Shown: in pieces, positions 29,804-40,725 of the stretch
Layout of the letters: every line of letters starts with the position of its first letter
Numbering within the stretch: the first letter of the stretch is position 1
Assembly (NCBI GenBank): GCA_963782915.1
Contig: CAWALK010000019.1
Location: forward strand, 118,460 to 182,459
Source: an uncultured archaeon
GTDB lineage: Archaea; Thermoproteota; Bathyarchaeia; Bathyarchaeales; Bathycorpusculaceae
Direction of reading: 5' to 3'
Length of the DNA stretch: 64,000 bases
Notes under the pieces: generated by a model
What the model was told of the DNA's origin: nothing
Databases searched by the model: none
Seen by the model: the letters and a program-made list of their open reading frames with translations, nothing else
Translations under genes and position numbers: made by a program

Positions 29804-31609
29804 TTATGGATTAATGGGCAGTTGCACAATGAATTTTGTCCCTTTGTTAACTTCGCTCTCAAGGCTGATTGTGCCGTTCAAGGCTTCAATTAACCGCTTA
29901 GTAACTGCCAATCCAAACCCTTGCCCCTTAGCTTTTGTAGTCATCATCGGAGTAAACAGTTTAGGTTTGATTTCATCCGGTATTCCTACACCTGTATCGG
30001 CGACTGTAATAACAACCTGATTATTTTTTTGTTGACCATTTATCTCTAACTTACCCCCATCAGGCATTGCTTGAATAGCATTAGTAACTAGGTTGGTAAT
30101 GGCTCTTTGAAGCAACATTGGGTCTGTTCTTATTTTTTCGGCATCTTTAATGTTGATTGAAAGCTTGATTGTATTGGGAAGGCTGACTATATCAAAGATG
30201 TTTATGACCACATCAGACAATTTAACTTCAGAATACTCAGGTATTATTGATCTTGAGTAATCTTGTAAATCCTGCACTATCTTGTTTATGTAGACAACGC
30301 TTTTCTCGATATTGTCGATGCTTTCATTTACACCCTCTTTGGTTTTGCTTTCAGGCATAGCAGTTAATTCCTCCTTGAGCAGGTAAGTGTCACTCATGAT
30401 TGCCTGCAATGGATTGCGAATATCATGACCAACCATACCCGCCGTAGAGCCAATAGTTGCCAACCTTTCTTTGACCTGCAGCTGTTTCTCCAGTTCTCTG
30501 CGGTCCGTTATATCTTCGCAATTAGCAATTAGGTTACCATCAGGTAATTTGGTAGCTGTTAAAATAACGAAAACAAAACAACCATCTTTTCTTCTTAAGC
30601 AAGTGTCACTACGACTTCTACCTGTTTCCTTGACCTCTCTGAATTTTTCAAGGCCTTGATTCAGTGAGTCTATACAAAGTATGTCTGGAATGCGCATGTT
30701 TAGTAATTCATCTTTTGAATATCCCAGCAAGTTGCATGCTGCTTCATTCACATAAATGTACTTTCCATCAGGATTTGCAACAAAAACAGCTGCAGGAGTG
30801 CTTTCAAGGTAAACTCTAAGCCTCGCCTCGCTTTCTTTTAGAGACAATTCGGTTTTCTTGCGCTCGGTGATGTCTCTGGTAATTCCTCGAAATCCACGCA
30901 GTTTACCTTTGTTATCAAAAAAAGGAACACCGTTTATTTCCAAAAAAATTAGGCGACCCTTGCAATCATAAGAAGTTGTCTGCATTCCGCTAATCGGTTT
31001 AGGAGAATTGATTGTTGTCATAAAAGCCGATAAAGCTTTCTCTTTATCGGCTGGGGGCATCATGTCAAAAGGGGTTTTCCCAATCATTTCAGCTGGGTTA
31101 ATTCCCCACAGTTTTCCCATCTGGGGACTACAGTAGGTGTATCTTCCTTGTGGGTCGATTTCCCATACGAAATCGTTGGCGGTCTCTATCAAGTCCCTGT
31201 ATTTCTTCTGGCTTTTTCTAAGAGCATTTTCCATCTTCTTTTGTTCTGTAATGTCTATTACTATGCCTCTTAAACCAACAGGATGGTTGTTAACGCCAAT
31301 GACGCTGGTAATGATTATAGCAGGGAATGTTGTGCCGTCTTTTCTAATAACTGTAAACTCATTATCGCTTGAGGGCTGATTGTTTATAGTTTTCTTAAAA
31401 TGTTCAATAGCCTTTTGTCTATCTTGTGGGGCGATCAGGTTAAAAATTTCAATGCCTTTTTCAAAGTCCTTTTCAGTGTATCCGGTCTTTTCAAACCCGT
31501 TTTTGTTAGCGAAAATTACCTTGCCGTTGATGCTAGACTCAAATACAATTTCAGGTAGGGAGTTGGCGAGATTTCTATATCGCTCTTCGCTTTCTTGGAG
31601 TGACTTCAA
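29804..31609 (-). CDS. Multi-PAS sensor histidine kinase
   Basis: Three PAS/PAC repeats (DITE), GHDIRNPLQ, NAIQAM, DTGVGI, GQGFGL. Confidence 0.92.
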   Translation of the reverse strand: MKSLQESEERYRNLANSLPEIVFESSINGKVIFANKNGFEKTGYTEKDFEKGIEIFNLIAPQDRQKAIEHFKKTINNQPSSDNEFTVIRKDGTTFPAIIITSVIGVNNHPVGLRGIVIDITEQKKMENALRKSQKKYRDLIETANDFVWEIDPQGRYTYCSPQMGKLWGINPAEMIGKTPFDMMPPADKEKALSAFMTTINSPKPISGMQTTSYDCKGRLIFLEINGVPFFDNKGKLRGFRGITRDITERKKTELSLKESEARLRVYLESTPAAVFVANPDGKYIYVNEAACNLLGYSKDELLNMRIPDILCIDSLNQGLEKFREVKETGRSRSDTCLRRKDGCFVFVILTATKLPDGNLIANCEDITDRRELEKQLQVKERLATIGSTAGMVGHDIRNPLQAIMSDTYLLKEELTAMPESKTKEGVNESIDNIEKSVVYINKIVQDLQDYSRSIIPEYSEVKLSDVVINIFDIVSLPNTIKLSINIKDAEKIRTDPMLLQRAITNLVTNAIQAMPDGGKLEINGQQKNNQVVITVADTGVGIPDEIKPKLFTPMMTTKAKGQGFGLAVTKRLIEALNGTISLESEVNKGTKFIVQLPINP

Positions 31610-31865
31610 AGTTTGTCCGCTAACTTTAGTTTCTGCTCTCTCTTTTCTTTTGGCAACCGTAATTGGTACCCTATAATAATTAATTCAAAATTCTTTTTTA
31701 AATTAATTGGTAAAATTGGGCGCTGGCATGGATGATGGGGATAGCGATTTGTCATTGTTCTGGCATTTTGAGAGTAGCTAACCTTATTCTTTGAAAAGCT
31801 AACGTTGCAATAAGTTAAATCTGGGAAGCTAACATACTACCCGTTTGCTAGTTCTGTCCGCGATT

Positions 31866-32420
31866 TTAGGCTTTGTAGTTTTTTGGGTCTAATGTGGCGA
31901 AGTTGTTTCCGCCTTGGTGGTAGAGGTGGTGTGCACGTTTTAAGTCCCAACCGGCATCTGTCCATGCGCCCTGGTCGGCGTAGGCTTCCACGATTTTACC
32001 GACGAAGATTGTATGGTCGCCGGTTGTCATTTGCCCGTCCACTTCACATTCTACATGGGCGATGCATTCGCGGATAGCTGGAGCCTTTACTTTTTTGCCT
32101 GGTGTGGGTGTTAGCGAGCATTTTTTGAACTTGTCGAAGCTTCTACCTGAGAGGTTGCCACAGGTATAGACCGCCTGTAACGTCTCGAGGGTGGGTATGT
32201 TTACTATGAATTCGCCCGACTGCTCAATTAGGGTGTGGCTGTGGCGTCCGGGTGCGATGCTAATCGCTACTAGTGGTGGATTAGAGGACGTTGGCATTGC
32301 CCAGGCGAGGGTGGTTATGTTTGGTTTAGCTGAATTGCCCATGCAACTGACTAGCACGGTGTGCATTGGGTGCAGAAGCCGATAGGCCTGATTAGTGTTA
32401 ACTGGGATTTTTGCGGACAT
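31866..32420 (-). CDS. Flavin reductase family protein
   Basis: PPLVAISI, SGEFIVNIP, SGRSFDKF, GDHTIFVGKIV. Confidence 0.9.
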   Translation of the reverse strand: MSAKIPVNTNQAYRLLHPMHTVLVSCMGNSAKPNITTLAWAMPTSSNPPLVAISIAPGRHSHTLIEQSGEFIVNIPTLETLQAVYTCGNLSGRSFDKFKKCSLTPTPGKKVKAPAIRECIAHVECEVDGQMTTGDHTIFVGKIVEAYADQGAWTDAGWDLKRAHHLYHQGGNNFATLDPKNYKA

Positions 32421-32643
32421 ATCTTTCCCTGTTGTTTAGCTGGGTTGGGTGCTTATTTTCTTTTTGTTTGTGAGGTGTTAGTAAGCATCCTGCATGGAAA
32501 ATAGCCCTGTCATAGAGGAAAAATAGTTCCTATGTTATTGGAATGATCACCGAAAAAAAGTTCTGCCCGGAATTAAGCTGTTGTTGGTAACTTTATTTTA
32601 TAAATATGAGATGAAGCAGAAAGAATTAGAAAATGGAAAAGAC

Positions 32644-32901
32644 TTAAAATTGGCGCTCAACCCCAAAAGACTTTGCAGACGGCAGGCCCATGTTAGAAAT
32701 GACGAACCTGCCCATTTCCAGCTGTAGATTCAGGTTATTTTCGGCGGTATAATCCGCTAGAAGCTTGTATGAACCCTGCTCGAGCGCGCTTTTTTCGACA
32801 GTTAAGACAAGGCCAACTTCGGGCATGTCAAACATTTTTGTTTCTATTCCGCAGCAGTCTTGTATTTGGCGCTTTATTTTCATGGCTTCGGACATGTTCA
32901 T
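32644..32901 (-). CDS. Small hypothetical protein (possible distant member of the MNxxEA family)
   Basis: MNMSEAMKI...; similar length and hydrophobic pattern to 11620 and 51117. Confidence 0.65.
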   Translation of the reverse strand: MNMSEAMKIKRQIQDCCGIETKMFDMPEVGLVLTVEKSALEQGSYKLLADYTAENNLNLQLEMGRFVISNMGLPSAKSFGVERQF

Positions 32902-32970
32902 GTCAGGTCTTGCGTATATTGGCCTAAAGCTAAATGAATCTTGCCGTGAAAGTCCCTCTTCAATTAGATG

Positions 32971-34218
32971 CTACTTTAGATCATTTTCCGGTGGCATACA
33001 GTAATGGCAGCCGTCATACCCTATATCGATGGCCTCCGCCAGGGTATTCTTAAACGTGCCCTTCTTGGGAAATAGGACCATGTTTTTGTAACGCATACGC
33101 TTCAGCATCCGGCAATGCAAATTGTGGAGTTCTTTAGTTCTCTTATTGCCAACGAGACCTCCAAATTCAGCGTTATCTTCTAGTTTTGAAATTACTGAGA
33201 AAGCATACGATTTAGCTCCCGCCAAGTTCGGATGACCAACAGAAGCTAAACGACCCTCTTGTAAATCAAAATCTTTTAGTTGCGCAGCTTCACAGGCAAT
33301 CATACGCTCTTTCACCACTGAATCTATCGGTTCAATATGGTCCAAAGGATTAAGCGCAAAAGAGAACACTTCAACTTTTATTCCCCATAGCAATGAATTG
33401 TTCGCTAATATTGCACTATTCTCCTCAAAATAGGGAAACGCTGCAATAACTGAGCGACCTGCGGTTTCTGTAGCATTGTGTTCTTCAACGGCGGTCTGTA
33501 GGTCTGCAGCGGATTGAGTTGCAAAAAGCTTACAATTCGAGATTATCTGTCCTAGTTTATCATCTAAAATGACCCCGCCAGTTATTGAGCCTACCAGATA
33601 AACTAGAGCGAGTGGGAATATTGCTCCGATTGTGGCCTCTAAGATACCCCCGACTCCATTCAATAATGGACCAAGCTGCAACAAAAGGGGCAGTATTACA
33701 TCAAAGCTCGTTGCTTTGGTTATGATTGGGTAATAGCCTGTCACTACGATGTTGGCGTTGGGGAACTTTATTCTGATTTTATCAAGAACTTTAAGACCGT
33801 TAGCATAGAAATGCTGACGGGTTAAATCAGACAACTGCTGGCTAGAAGAGTCAGGATCAAGAATTGTCTCAATGGAAACATCGTTGATGCCAAAATCCAT
33901 GAGGACTAAATCCACCGTTTCAGGATCGGACACAGCTTCGCTTTCCTGAATCAGAGTTGGGAGTTTGTTGGGTACTTCGCCGACAAAATCTACCATTAAT
34001 GGTTCTTGCGTTGAATTGATTTCATCGCCATTTACGTTAAAGCCGCTAATAGCGCCTGAATGTGCATAAATCTCCAAGTCAACTTTAGCCTTGTGTCTTT
34101 CTTCAATCATTTTTGCAATGATGTAACCGATTTTCTCGGTGTTTTTGAGCCCTTGTCCCCATTGGATTGAATCCCCCAAAACAACCATGCGCATTCGATT
34201 TTTCCACATATAATTCAC
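32971..34218 (-). CDS. SGNH/GDSL hydrolase with C-terminal Ada-like metal-binding domain
   Basis: LGDSIQWGQG, AHSGA, GINDV, GHPNLAG; VGNKRTKELHNLHC...A...GYDGCHYC. Confidence 0.8.
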   Translation of the reverse strand: MNYMWKNRMRMVVLGDSIQWGQGLKNTEKIGYIIAKMIEERHKAKVDLEIYAHSGAISGFNVNGDEINSTQEPLMVDFVGEVPNKLPTLIQESEAVSDPETVDLVLMDFGINDVSIETILDPDSSSQQLSDLTRQHFYANGLKVLDKIRIKFPNANIVVTGYYPIITKATSFDVILPLLLQLGPLLNGVGGILEATIGAIFPLALVYLVGSITGGVILDDKLGQIISNCKLFATQSAADLQTAVEEHNATETAGRSVIAAFPYFEENSAILANNSLLWGIKVEVFSFALNPLDHIEPIDSVVKERMIACEAAQLKDFDLQEGRLASVGHPNLAGAKSYAFSVISKLEDNAEFGGLVGNKRTKELHNLHCRMLKRMRYKNMVLFPKKGTFKNTLAEAIDIGYDGCHYCMPPENDLK

Positions 34219-34388
34219 CGTTTAAGCGCTGTTTAATCAACCATTAGACATTAACCATGTATTAAAGAGGGTGGCGTTTTTTCTCGATTAGCGGTTATAA
34301 CCTAAACGAGAACTCTGGCTAAATGCGCTGTTGTGCAAGAAAAAACATTTAAACAAAATGCACACAAAAGCTAAACTGGACTTAACCT

Positions 34389-34733
34389 ATGACTGATAAA
34401 AAAACTTCTGAAATGACTTTTAGGGAGTTCATAGATACATCCAGAGCAGCCAACAACCCAACTATCAATGAATTTGAAGCAGAAACATTAACAAGGATGA
34501 GCCTCGAAGGGTTTTCTAACGAAGAAATCTACAATATGCCTATGCCTAAGCTATGGGGCTTGTACCTCGAAGTTATAGGTAACGAAATAGAGAAAACCTT
34601 TTCACAACTGACTCCGGTCATAATGGCTAATCCTAATTCTGCTGATCTTCTAACGCTCCAGCCTCTTCAAAAACAGTTAGAGGGTTCTCTAAATATGCTT
34701 GAGAAGCTTGAAAAGGATAGAAAAAAGCCTTAG
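34389..34733 (+). CDS. Hypothetical protein
   Basis: 114-aa ORF with upstream TTTAAA box. Confidence 0.65.
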   Translation: MTDKKTSEMTFREFIDTSRAANNPTINEFEAETLTRMSLEGFSNEEIYNMPMPKLWGLYLEVIGNEIEKTFSQLTPVIMANPNSADLLTLQPLQKQLEGSLNMLEKLEKDRKKP

Positions 34734-34915
34734 AGTTTTGGGTAAGGCAGTAATAACCAAACGCTTTAACGTTGATCGGGCTTACTTCAAAGTTCCAAAC
34801 AGCCATTTCTAAAGGTCTACTCTGAAGTGTTCAAATTTCGTAGAAGTTAACTAACTTATTCGCTCTTGAATTACTGAGAAACCCAAGAAGAAAATATTGG
34901 GTGTTGAACTGTAAA

Positions 34916-35245
34916 CTACATTATCGAGCGTTTCGTCTCAATCTGGTCACGAAGCGATTCGACGTCACTAATTTTTTCGTTTAAGTAAATGGTATCTCCT
35001 TCTATTGGTCCCATGAGGTTTCCTGGCAATGGTACTATTGATTTTTTCATAATTCCGCTTTTTTCGCCATAGAGTTTTGCAACGTTATCTTCTAGCTTAA
35101 CGTCGACTGTTGTTATTGCCCATGTGCTATCGTTTAATTCTACGTCCTCGACCTTACCAATCATCATTCCATTTTTAGCAATTACCTTTTTTCCTTTTAT
35201 TTTTTCAATATTAACCAAATTTTTCACCGTTGTATGGTTGTCCAC
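34916..35245 (-). CDS. PRC-barrel domain protein
   Basis: IKGKKVIAKNGMMIGKVEDVELN...W.I...GDTIYL. Confidence 0.85.
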   Translation of the reverse strand: MDNHTTVKNLVNIEKIKGKKVIAKNGMMIGKVEDVELNDSTWAITTVDVKLEDNVAKLYGEKSGIMKKSIVPLPGNLMGPIEGDTIYLNEKISDVESLRDQIETKRSIM

Positions 35246-35614
35246 CCCTTTTTAAAAACTTTCGTGGTATCGTTAGAGCTGTAACAGATTAAGACCTAAA
35301 TATTCAATGAATCGCACATCAATGCCAATATTGTTATCAGTTCAAACAAATCAGCCCTATATTATTGTGTGTGATTGGCTGTTCGGCAATATTGCTGGTT
35401 TTTTTGGGTAAACGTTGATATTCATTCTGAATAAGTTACTTGTTTTTACAGCTATACAGCGATGAAAATCCACAAAAAAAACTCAAAAAATCTGTTTTTT
35501 AATCAAAAATAGCGGGAAATCGCAAAAAAGTTATCGATAAAAAGTTAAATGTTAAAAAAATGTTACTGCAAGAATACACCAACGCAAACTTTTATTGCCA
35601 CCATCGTTTAGAAC

Positions 35615-37978
35615 TTGGAATTTTTTCGGGTGTTTTTTGTGAGTAAGAATTTTAAAGGAACAGTAAACATCGATATTAGGGATTCTGTGCCTGATTGGGT
35701 TCCCTATGAGGCGCCTAAAGCCCCTGAAAGCGCACCTAATGTTCTCTACATTGTTTGGGATGACGTTGGATTTGGGGCTTTTGACATCTATGGCGGTTTA
35801 ATCAATGTTCCAAACATGAAACGAATAGCAGATATGGGATTACTCTACACCCAATTTCACACAACCGCATTATGTTCACCCACACGGTCCTGTCTGCTAA
35901 CAGGCCGAAACGCCACAAGCAACGCCATGGCATGCATCACCGAAGCCTCAACTGGTTTTCCCGGGTCCAGCGCACGCATCCCCCCAGAAAACGCGTTCAT
36001 CTCAGAAGTTCTGGTGGAACGCGGGTGGAATACCTACGCCCTTGGCAAATGGCATCTAACACCCGGTGAAGAAACAAACATGGCAAGCCCCAAACGCCTT
36101 TGGCCACTTGCAAGAGGATTTGAACGCTACTACGGATTTCTAGGCGGAGAATCAGACCAATACTATCCAGATTTAATATACGATAACCATCCTGTTGAAC
36201 CGCCTTATGGGCCAAAAGAAGGCTATCATCTTTGCAAAGATTTGGCGGATAAAGCAATCCAGTTCATACGCGACGCCAAAGTCATAGCACCCGACAAGCC
36301 CTGGCTAATGTATTATGCCCCTGGCTGCGCCCATGCACCTCATCACGTCTGGAAAGACTGGGCTGACAAATACAAGGGCAAATTTGACATGGGATATGAG
36401 AAATATCGTGAAATAGTGCTTGATAATCAAAAGAAAATGGGATTAATGCCCGAGAATACCCAACTGCCCCAGATCAATCCATATGCTGACCTTAAAAGCC
36501 CCGATGGGAAGCCTTGGCCAATTCTGGATACAGTTCGACCTTGGGACTCGCTTTCCGAAGATGAAAAGAAACTGTTTCGTAGAATGGCAGAAGTCTACGC
36601 TGGATTCATAAGCTATAATGATTTTCAGGTTGGAAGAATTCTTGATTATCTTCAAGAGTCCGGACAGTTAGAAAATACCCTTATCGTGGTTGTTTCAGAT
36701 AACGGCGCAAGCGCTGAAGGTGGCCCCAACGGTTCAGTTAACGAAAACAAACTCTTCAACGGTATCCCTGATAAGATTGAAGAAAACATGAAGTATCTTG
36801 ATGTTCTTGGCTCAGACAAAACCTACAATCACTACTGCTCAGGCTGGGCTATGGCTTTTGATACACCCTTTAAGTTATGGAAGCGCTATGCCAACTATGA
36901 GGGCGGCATTGCAGATGCTTGCCTTGTAGCTTGGCCTAAAGGCATCAAAGCCCGAGGTGAAATCCGCCATCAATACATCCAAGCAATCGATATTGTGCCA
37001 ACCATTTATGATTGCCTAGGAATAGAACCGCCAGCGGTTGTTAAGGGCTATACTCAAAGCCCCATTGCAGGCATTAGCTTCAAGAAGACTTTCGATGATG
37101 GTAAGGCCACTACTGGAAAAGAGACTCAGTTTTATGTTATGCTTGGAACACGTGGTATATGGCATAAGGGTTGGTTTGCTAACGCTATTCACCCAGCGAC
37201 TAGTGGATGGAGCAACTTCACTTTGGACAAATGGGAACTATACAATTTAGAGGAAGATCGCAATCAGACACACGACTTGGCGGATAAGTACCCTGAGAAG
37301 CTTGAAGAACTAAAGGGCTTATGGTTCTATGAAGCAGGCAAATACAACGGATTACCCCTTGAAGACAGAACACCAATTGAAGTCCTAACCACTCCTCGAC
37401 CTCAACCGTCCAAACTACGCCAACGATATATCTACTACCCAGACTGCGCCGAAGTACCAGAATCAGTTGCCGTAAACATTCGCGGGCGGTCTTACAATAT
37501 TGCAGCAGAGGTTGAAGTTAAATCAGACAAGGCTCAAGGGGTTTTGTTTTCGCATGGAGGCCGATTTGGCGGACACTCTCTTTACATAAAAGACGGCAAA
37601 TTACACTATGTTTACAATTGGCTTGGCGAAAAAGAACAAAAGTTAACCTCAAACACTAACGTTCCAAATGGTAAGTGCATTCTGGGTTTGCGTTTTCGAA
37701 AAGAAGGCCAGGAAGGCTTAAGCGCAGTGGGTATGGCAGCGCTCTACATAAACAACGAGAACGTAGCTGAGGCAAAGATTCAAACACAACCGGGCAACTT
37801 TTCGCTGGTCGGTGAAGGACTCAACATTGGTAAAGACGCTGGTCAACCAGTTTCAAGCGATTACGAATCACCCTTTGAGTTTACTGGCGGCATTATTAAG
37901 CAAGTAATTGTGGATGTGAGCGGTGAGCCTTTCCGAGACTTGGAGAAAGAACTGCAAGGGATGTTAATGCGTGACTAA
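35615..37978 (+). CDS. Arylsulfatase (Cys-type, C-terminal ConA-like domain)
   Basis: PNVLYIVWDDVG, CSPTRSCLLTGR, GKWHL, SDNG; start may be GTG 35639. Confidence 0.93.
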   Translation: MEFFRVFFVSKNFKGTVNIDIRDSVPDWVPYEAPKAPESAPNVLYIVWDDVGFGAFDIYGGLINVPNMKRIADMGLLYTQFHTTALCSPTRSCLLTGRNATSNAMACITEASTGFPGSSARIPPENAFISEVLVERGWNTYALGKWHLTPGEETNMASPKRLWPLARGFERYYGFLGGESDQYYPDLIYDNHPVEPPYGPKEGYHLCKDLADKAIQFIRDAKVIAPDKPWLMYYAPGCAHAPHHVWKDWADKYKGKFDMGYEKYREIVLDNQKKMGLMPENTQLPQINPYADLKSPDGKPWPILDTVRPWDSLSEDEKKLFRRMAEVYAGFISYNDFQVGRILDYLQESGQLENTLIVVVSDNGASAEGGPNGSVNENKLFNGIPDKIEENMKYLDVLGSDKTYNHYCSGWAMAFDTPFKLWKRYANYEGGIADACLVAWPKGIKARGEIRHQYIQAIDIVPTIYDCLGIEPPAVVKGYTQSPIAGISFKKTFDDGKATTGKETQFYVMLGTRGIWHKGWFANAIHPATSGWSNFTLDKWELYNLEEDRNQTHDLADKYPEKLEELKGLWFYEAGKYNGLPLEDRTPIEVLTTPRPQPSKLRQRYIYYPDCAEVPESVAVNIRGRSYNIAAEVEVKSDKAQGVLFSHGGRFGGHSLYIKDGKLHYVYNWLGEKEQKLTSNTNVPNGKCILGLRFRKEGQEGLSAVGMAALYINNENVAEAKIQTQPGNFSLVGEGLNIGKDAGQPVSSDYESPFEFTGGIIKQVIVDVSGEPFRDLEKELQGMLMRD

Positions 37979-37983
37979 GCTCC

Positions 37984-38364
37984 CTATTTCTTTTCTTTAG
38001 TCAGGAGATCTTCAAAAAGAGTATCAATCAAGCTTGATTTTCCGATAACTTCAAGTTGGCGTTGGCGTATTCGGCTCTGGACACTTCTTGTATCTTTCAA
38101 TTTATAAAACGAATTTATCGACATCCAGACACCATAGCAGGTTATTATGATTAGGAAAATGTACACAATAATGCTGATGTAATAATTTTTTGGGAGGAAA
38201 TCAAACGCATAAGCTAAGGTTGCGGCTGCCGGTGGAGTAATCAATGATAAGGTTAAACCTGTTCTCAGCTGGGCTAATTGCGTTCGCTCGATGGACAAGT
38301 AATTGCGTTCATATGCCATTAAGGTTCGAACAACGGCTAAAACCTCTTGTTCATCCATGGCCAT
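37984..38364 (-). CDS. DUF202 membrane protein
   Basis: RTLMAYERNYLSIERTQLAQLRTGL. Confidence 0.8.
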   Translation of the reverse strand: MAMDEQEVLAVVRTLMAYERNYLSIERTQLAQLRTGLTLSLITPPAAATLAYAFDFLPKNYYISIIVYIFLIIITCYGVWMSINSFYKLKDTRSVQSRIRQRQLEVIGKSSLIDTLFEDLLTKEKK

Positions 38365-38453
38365 AAAACACTTCCACTTAAAGAGTCACTTAGGAAATTA
38401 TTAAGCTCTGCATTTTTTCTCAAAAATTAGCCTATCATCAAGCATAGGCGATG

Positions 38454-40472
38454 CTAGTTATCGATTAGTTTTACCTGCGGTGGTTTCCAACCCATCTTTA
38501 TTTTCTCCAAGTCGGGAACATACAAGCGCAATAGTACGTCTAGGTCTCTATCTTCACGGTTTATGGGTAACCAGTTCTCCTCAGGAAGAGCCGCAGGTTT
38601 TTTAGCACTTATAAAAATCTCGATATCACCCTCTACATTTTCTTTAATGCCAGTCGAATGCTTGTTTTTATCGTTAGGGACCAACAAACCGTTTTTCAAA
38701 TCATATAACGTAACTGACCATGCCTTGGCAGGGGGTAATTCATCCTTGCTTATATGCAAAGAATAATCATGCAACGCATTGAAGGGTTTTTCATCCGTCA
38801 CCAAAAGTGGAAAATACAACATTTCCTCTGAGGGCAAACCAATAGGGCTTATTATTGATTGAACATACTCGGTTTCCAAGTCAATTTCTCCTTTAGATCT
38901 ATATTGCTGAAAAAACATGCGCTCCTGTGTCTGCAAATCTTTTTGTTTAATTTTCGCTTCATTAATTATCTGTTGAGCTACCTCACGGAAATATGGTAAA
39001 TCGATTTTGGGAACTCTGGTTGGGTCAAAATCTTTTCCCGGAACTATACCCAACGGTTCATAAGCCGCTAAAAAGGCCCTGTCCATCTCGATGCTAGGAT
39101 CAAACGTTGTATGATTCATTATGAACTGTATGACTTCGAGTAGGTTAGTTCCAAAGACTTCAACCTGTGTTTTACCAAATGCGGGAAAATGTGGGTCCAC
39201 ACTATCTTTTGCAGATTCGCCAAGCCATTGACTCATTGATCTCAAGCTGGTCGGCTCCACCTCTGAAAAAAGTTGTTCCTTAGAGTCAACTGTTTTAGGA
39301 AGAACCCGTAGTAGAGCAATTATAAAGTCACAATCAACCTCAATATACCAGTCGACGCCCTTAACTGATTGTCCAGTATAATCTTCTGTGCGCTTCGAAT
39401 AAAACAGAAGGGTAGTTGCTTTCTTGAAATCGCCTTTCGTTGTTGAAAGCGGTACTTTGCAGTAATGATCAAACCCAGAAATTTCTAACGACACATATCT
39501 TGCACTGATCGCGGGATACTGAATTATTATAGGTTCTTTTCGCAAGTCGAGTAGGGCTAACTGAATTAAGAGATCATTTTCAAAACGGGGAATTGCGTTA
39601 AAGTCATTTGTTGGAGGCATGAACGTTTTTGTTTGATTCCAACCGCCTAAAGCATCAGCTTCATCCAAGGCAAGTTTGTTTATGAAGTTATACAACGCCA
39701 CATATTGCTCCGAACGCATAACGATGTTTCGAATCTGGGTATAGGTAAGAACTTTTTTCTTTTCACTGGGTTCTTTTTCTGCTGGCAAAATTTTCGCTTT
39801 TTCTCCAGTCTTGCGGTATCGTCCGAAAGCATCAGTTAGAAGCTTTAAAACGTTGGAACTACGCGGGACTTCCATGATCTGACCAACACCGGGTTCGCCT
39901 TCTTCTGTTGTAACAGGTTTTTTGGTTGGCGTCGGAGCTTTGTTGGTTAATCCCAAAAGCAAGCTTTCTCCACCTAATATTAAGAAAACTATTGCCATTA
40001 GGTACGCTAAAAGATAAAAAAGGCCTGTTGGCGAAGCAATGGCTGCAATCGCTAAACCAATCAGGGTAATTCCTATGGTAATTGTCAAAATTCTACGCCA
40101 ACGTGAAAGACCTTCCGAAAACCCTCCGTTGGCTATCCTTGTTGCACCGAAAATAAACAAGCCTATTATGATAGGTATGACCAGCACACGGACAATTAAT
40201 GTAGGAATCGCTATCATAATTATGCCGACTGCAATCGCAAGTGAGTCAAAAGCAACATTGGTTTCTCTGAGTCTTTTTTGAGGACCGCTCAACCTGATAT
40301 CGGCAACAAGCTTGAGGAGATGTACAATTAAAAGGTCAAGTCCAAATATTATCGCAAGTGTTATGAGGCCAGCTTCAGGGTTAGCAAATGCAACGATGGC
40401 AAAAATAATGAAGACCATCCCCTTGGATATTTCAAAGGCGCGTGCTCTACCGTGAGCTTTCTGATAAGTCAA
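38454..40472 (-). CDS. Fusion of HdeD/DUF308 membrane repeats with DUF1254/DUF1214 domains
   Basis: Six TM segments, then NDLL...LLDLRKEPII, RYVSL, PPAKAWSVTLYD, ENWLPI...LRLYVPD. Confidence 0.75.
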   Translation of the reverse strand: MTYQKAHGRARAFEISKGMVFIIFAIVAFANPEAGLITLAIIFGLDLLIVHLLKLVADIRLSGPQKRLRETNVAFDSLAIAVGIIMIAIPTLIVRVLVIPIIIGLFIFGATRIANGGFSEGLSRWRRILTITIGITLIGLAIAAIASPTGLFYLLAYLMAIVFLILGGESLLLGLTNKAPTPTKKPVTTEEGEPGVGQIMEVPRSSNVLKLLTDAFGRYRKTGEKAKILPAEKEPSEKKKVLTYTQIRNIVMRSEQYVALYNFINKLALDEADALGGWNQTKTFMPPTNDFNAIPRFENDLLIQLALLDLRKEPIIIQYPAISARYVSLEISGFDHYCKVPLSTTKGDFKKATTLLFYSKRTEDYTGQSVKGVDWYIEVDCDFIIALLRVLPKTVDSKEQLFSEVEPTSLRSMSQWLGESAKDSVDPHFPAFGKTQVEVFGTNLLEVIQFIMNHTTFDPSIEMDRAFLAAYEPLGIVPGKDFDPTRVPKIDLPYFREVAQQIINEAKIKQKDLQTQERMFFQQYRSKGEIDLETEYVQSIISPIGLPSEEMLYFPLLVTDEKPFNALHDYSLHISKDELPPAKAWSVTLYDLKNGLLVPNDKNKHSTGIKENVEGDIEIFISAKKPAALPEENWLPINREDRDLDVLLRLYVPDLEKIKMGWKPPQVKLIDN

Positions 40473-40725
40473 GCAAAAACCTCTTTGTGTTAGCCTAAAA
40501 AGAGTTTACTTATCGAAGAATACATAAACTATTGTGGTTGCGAAAGAACAGCAAATAAGCAGCTTATACTTTTTTTCACTTCATAGCTGTATAGACCACT
40601 TTAGGGTTTTTTCAATCAACCCCATAAACAATCTGTTAGTGACCACAGCGCTAACGGCTTTAACGGATTTCTACCGCAAACGATAAACCCCTCGCAACCA
40701 GCAAAACTGGCTAAAGAGGCCACAT

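Noticed and set aside
31775-31835. Three AGCTAAC words between the kinase and the flavin reductase
   Set aside because: Short and irregularly spaced, with no supporting context.
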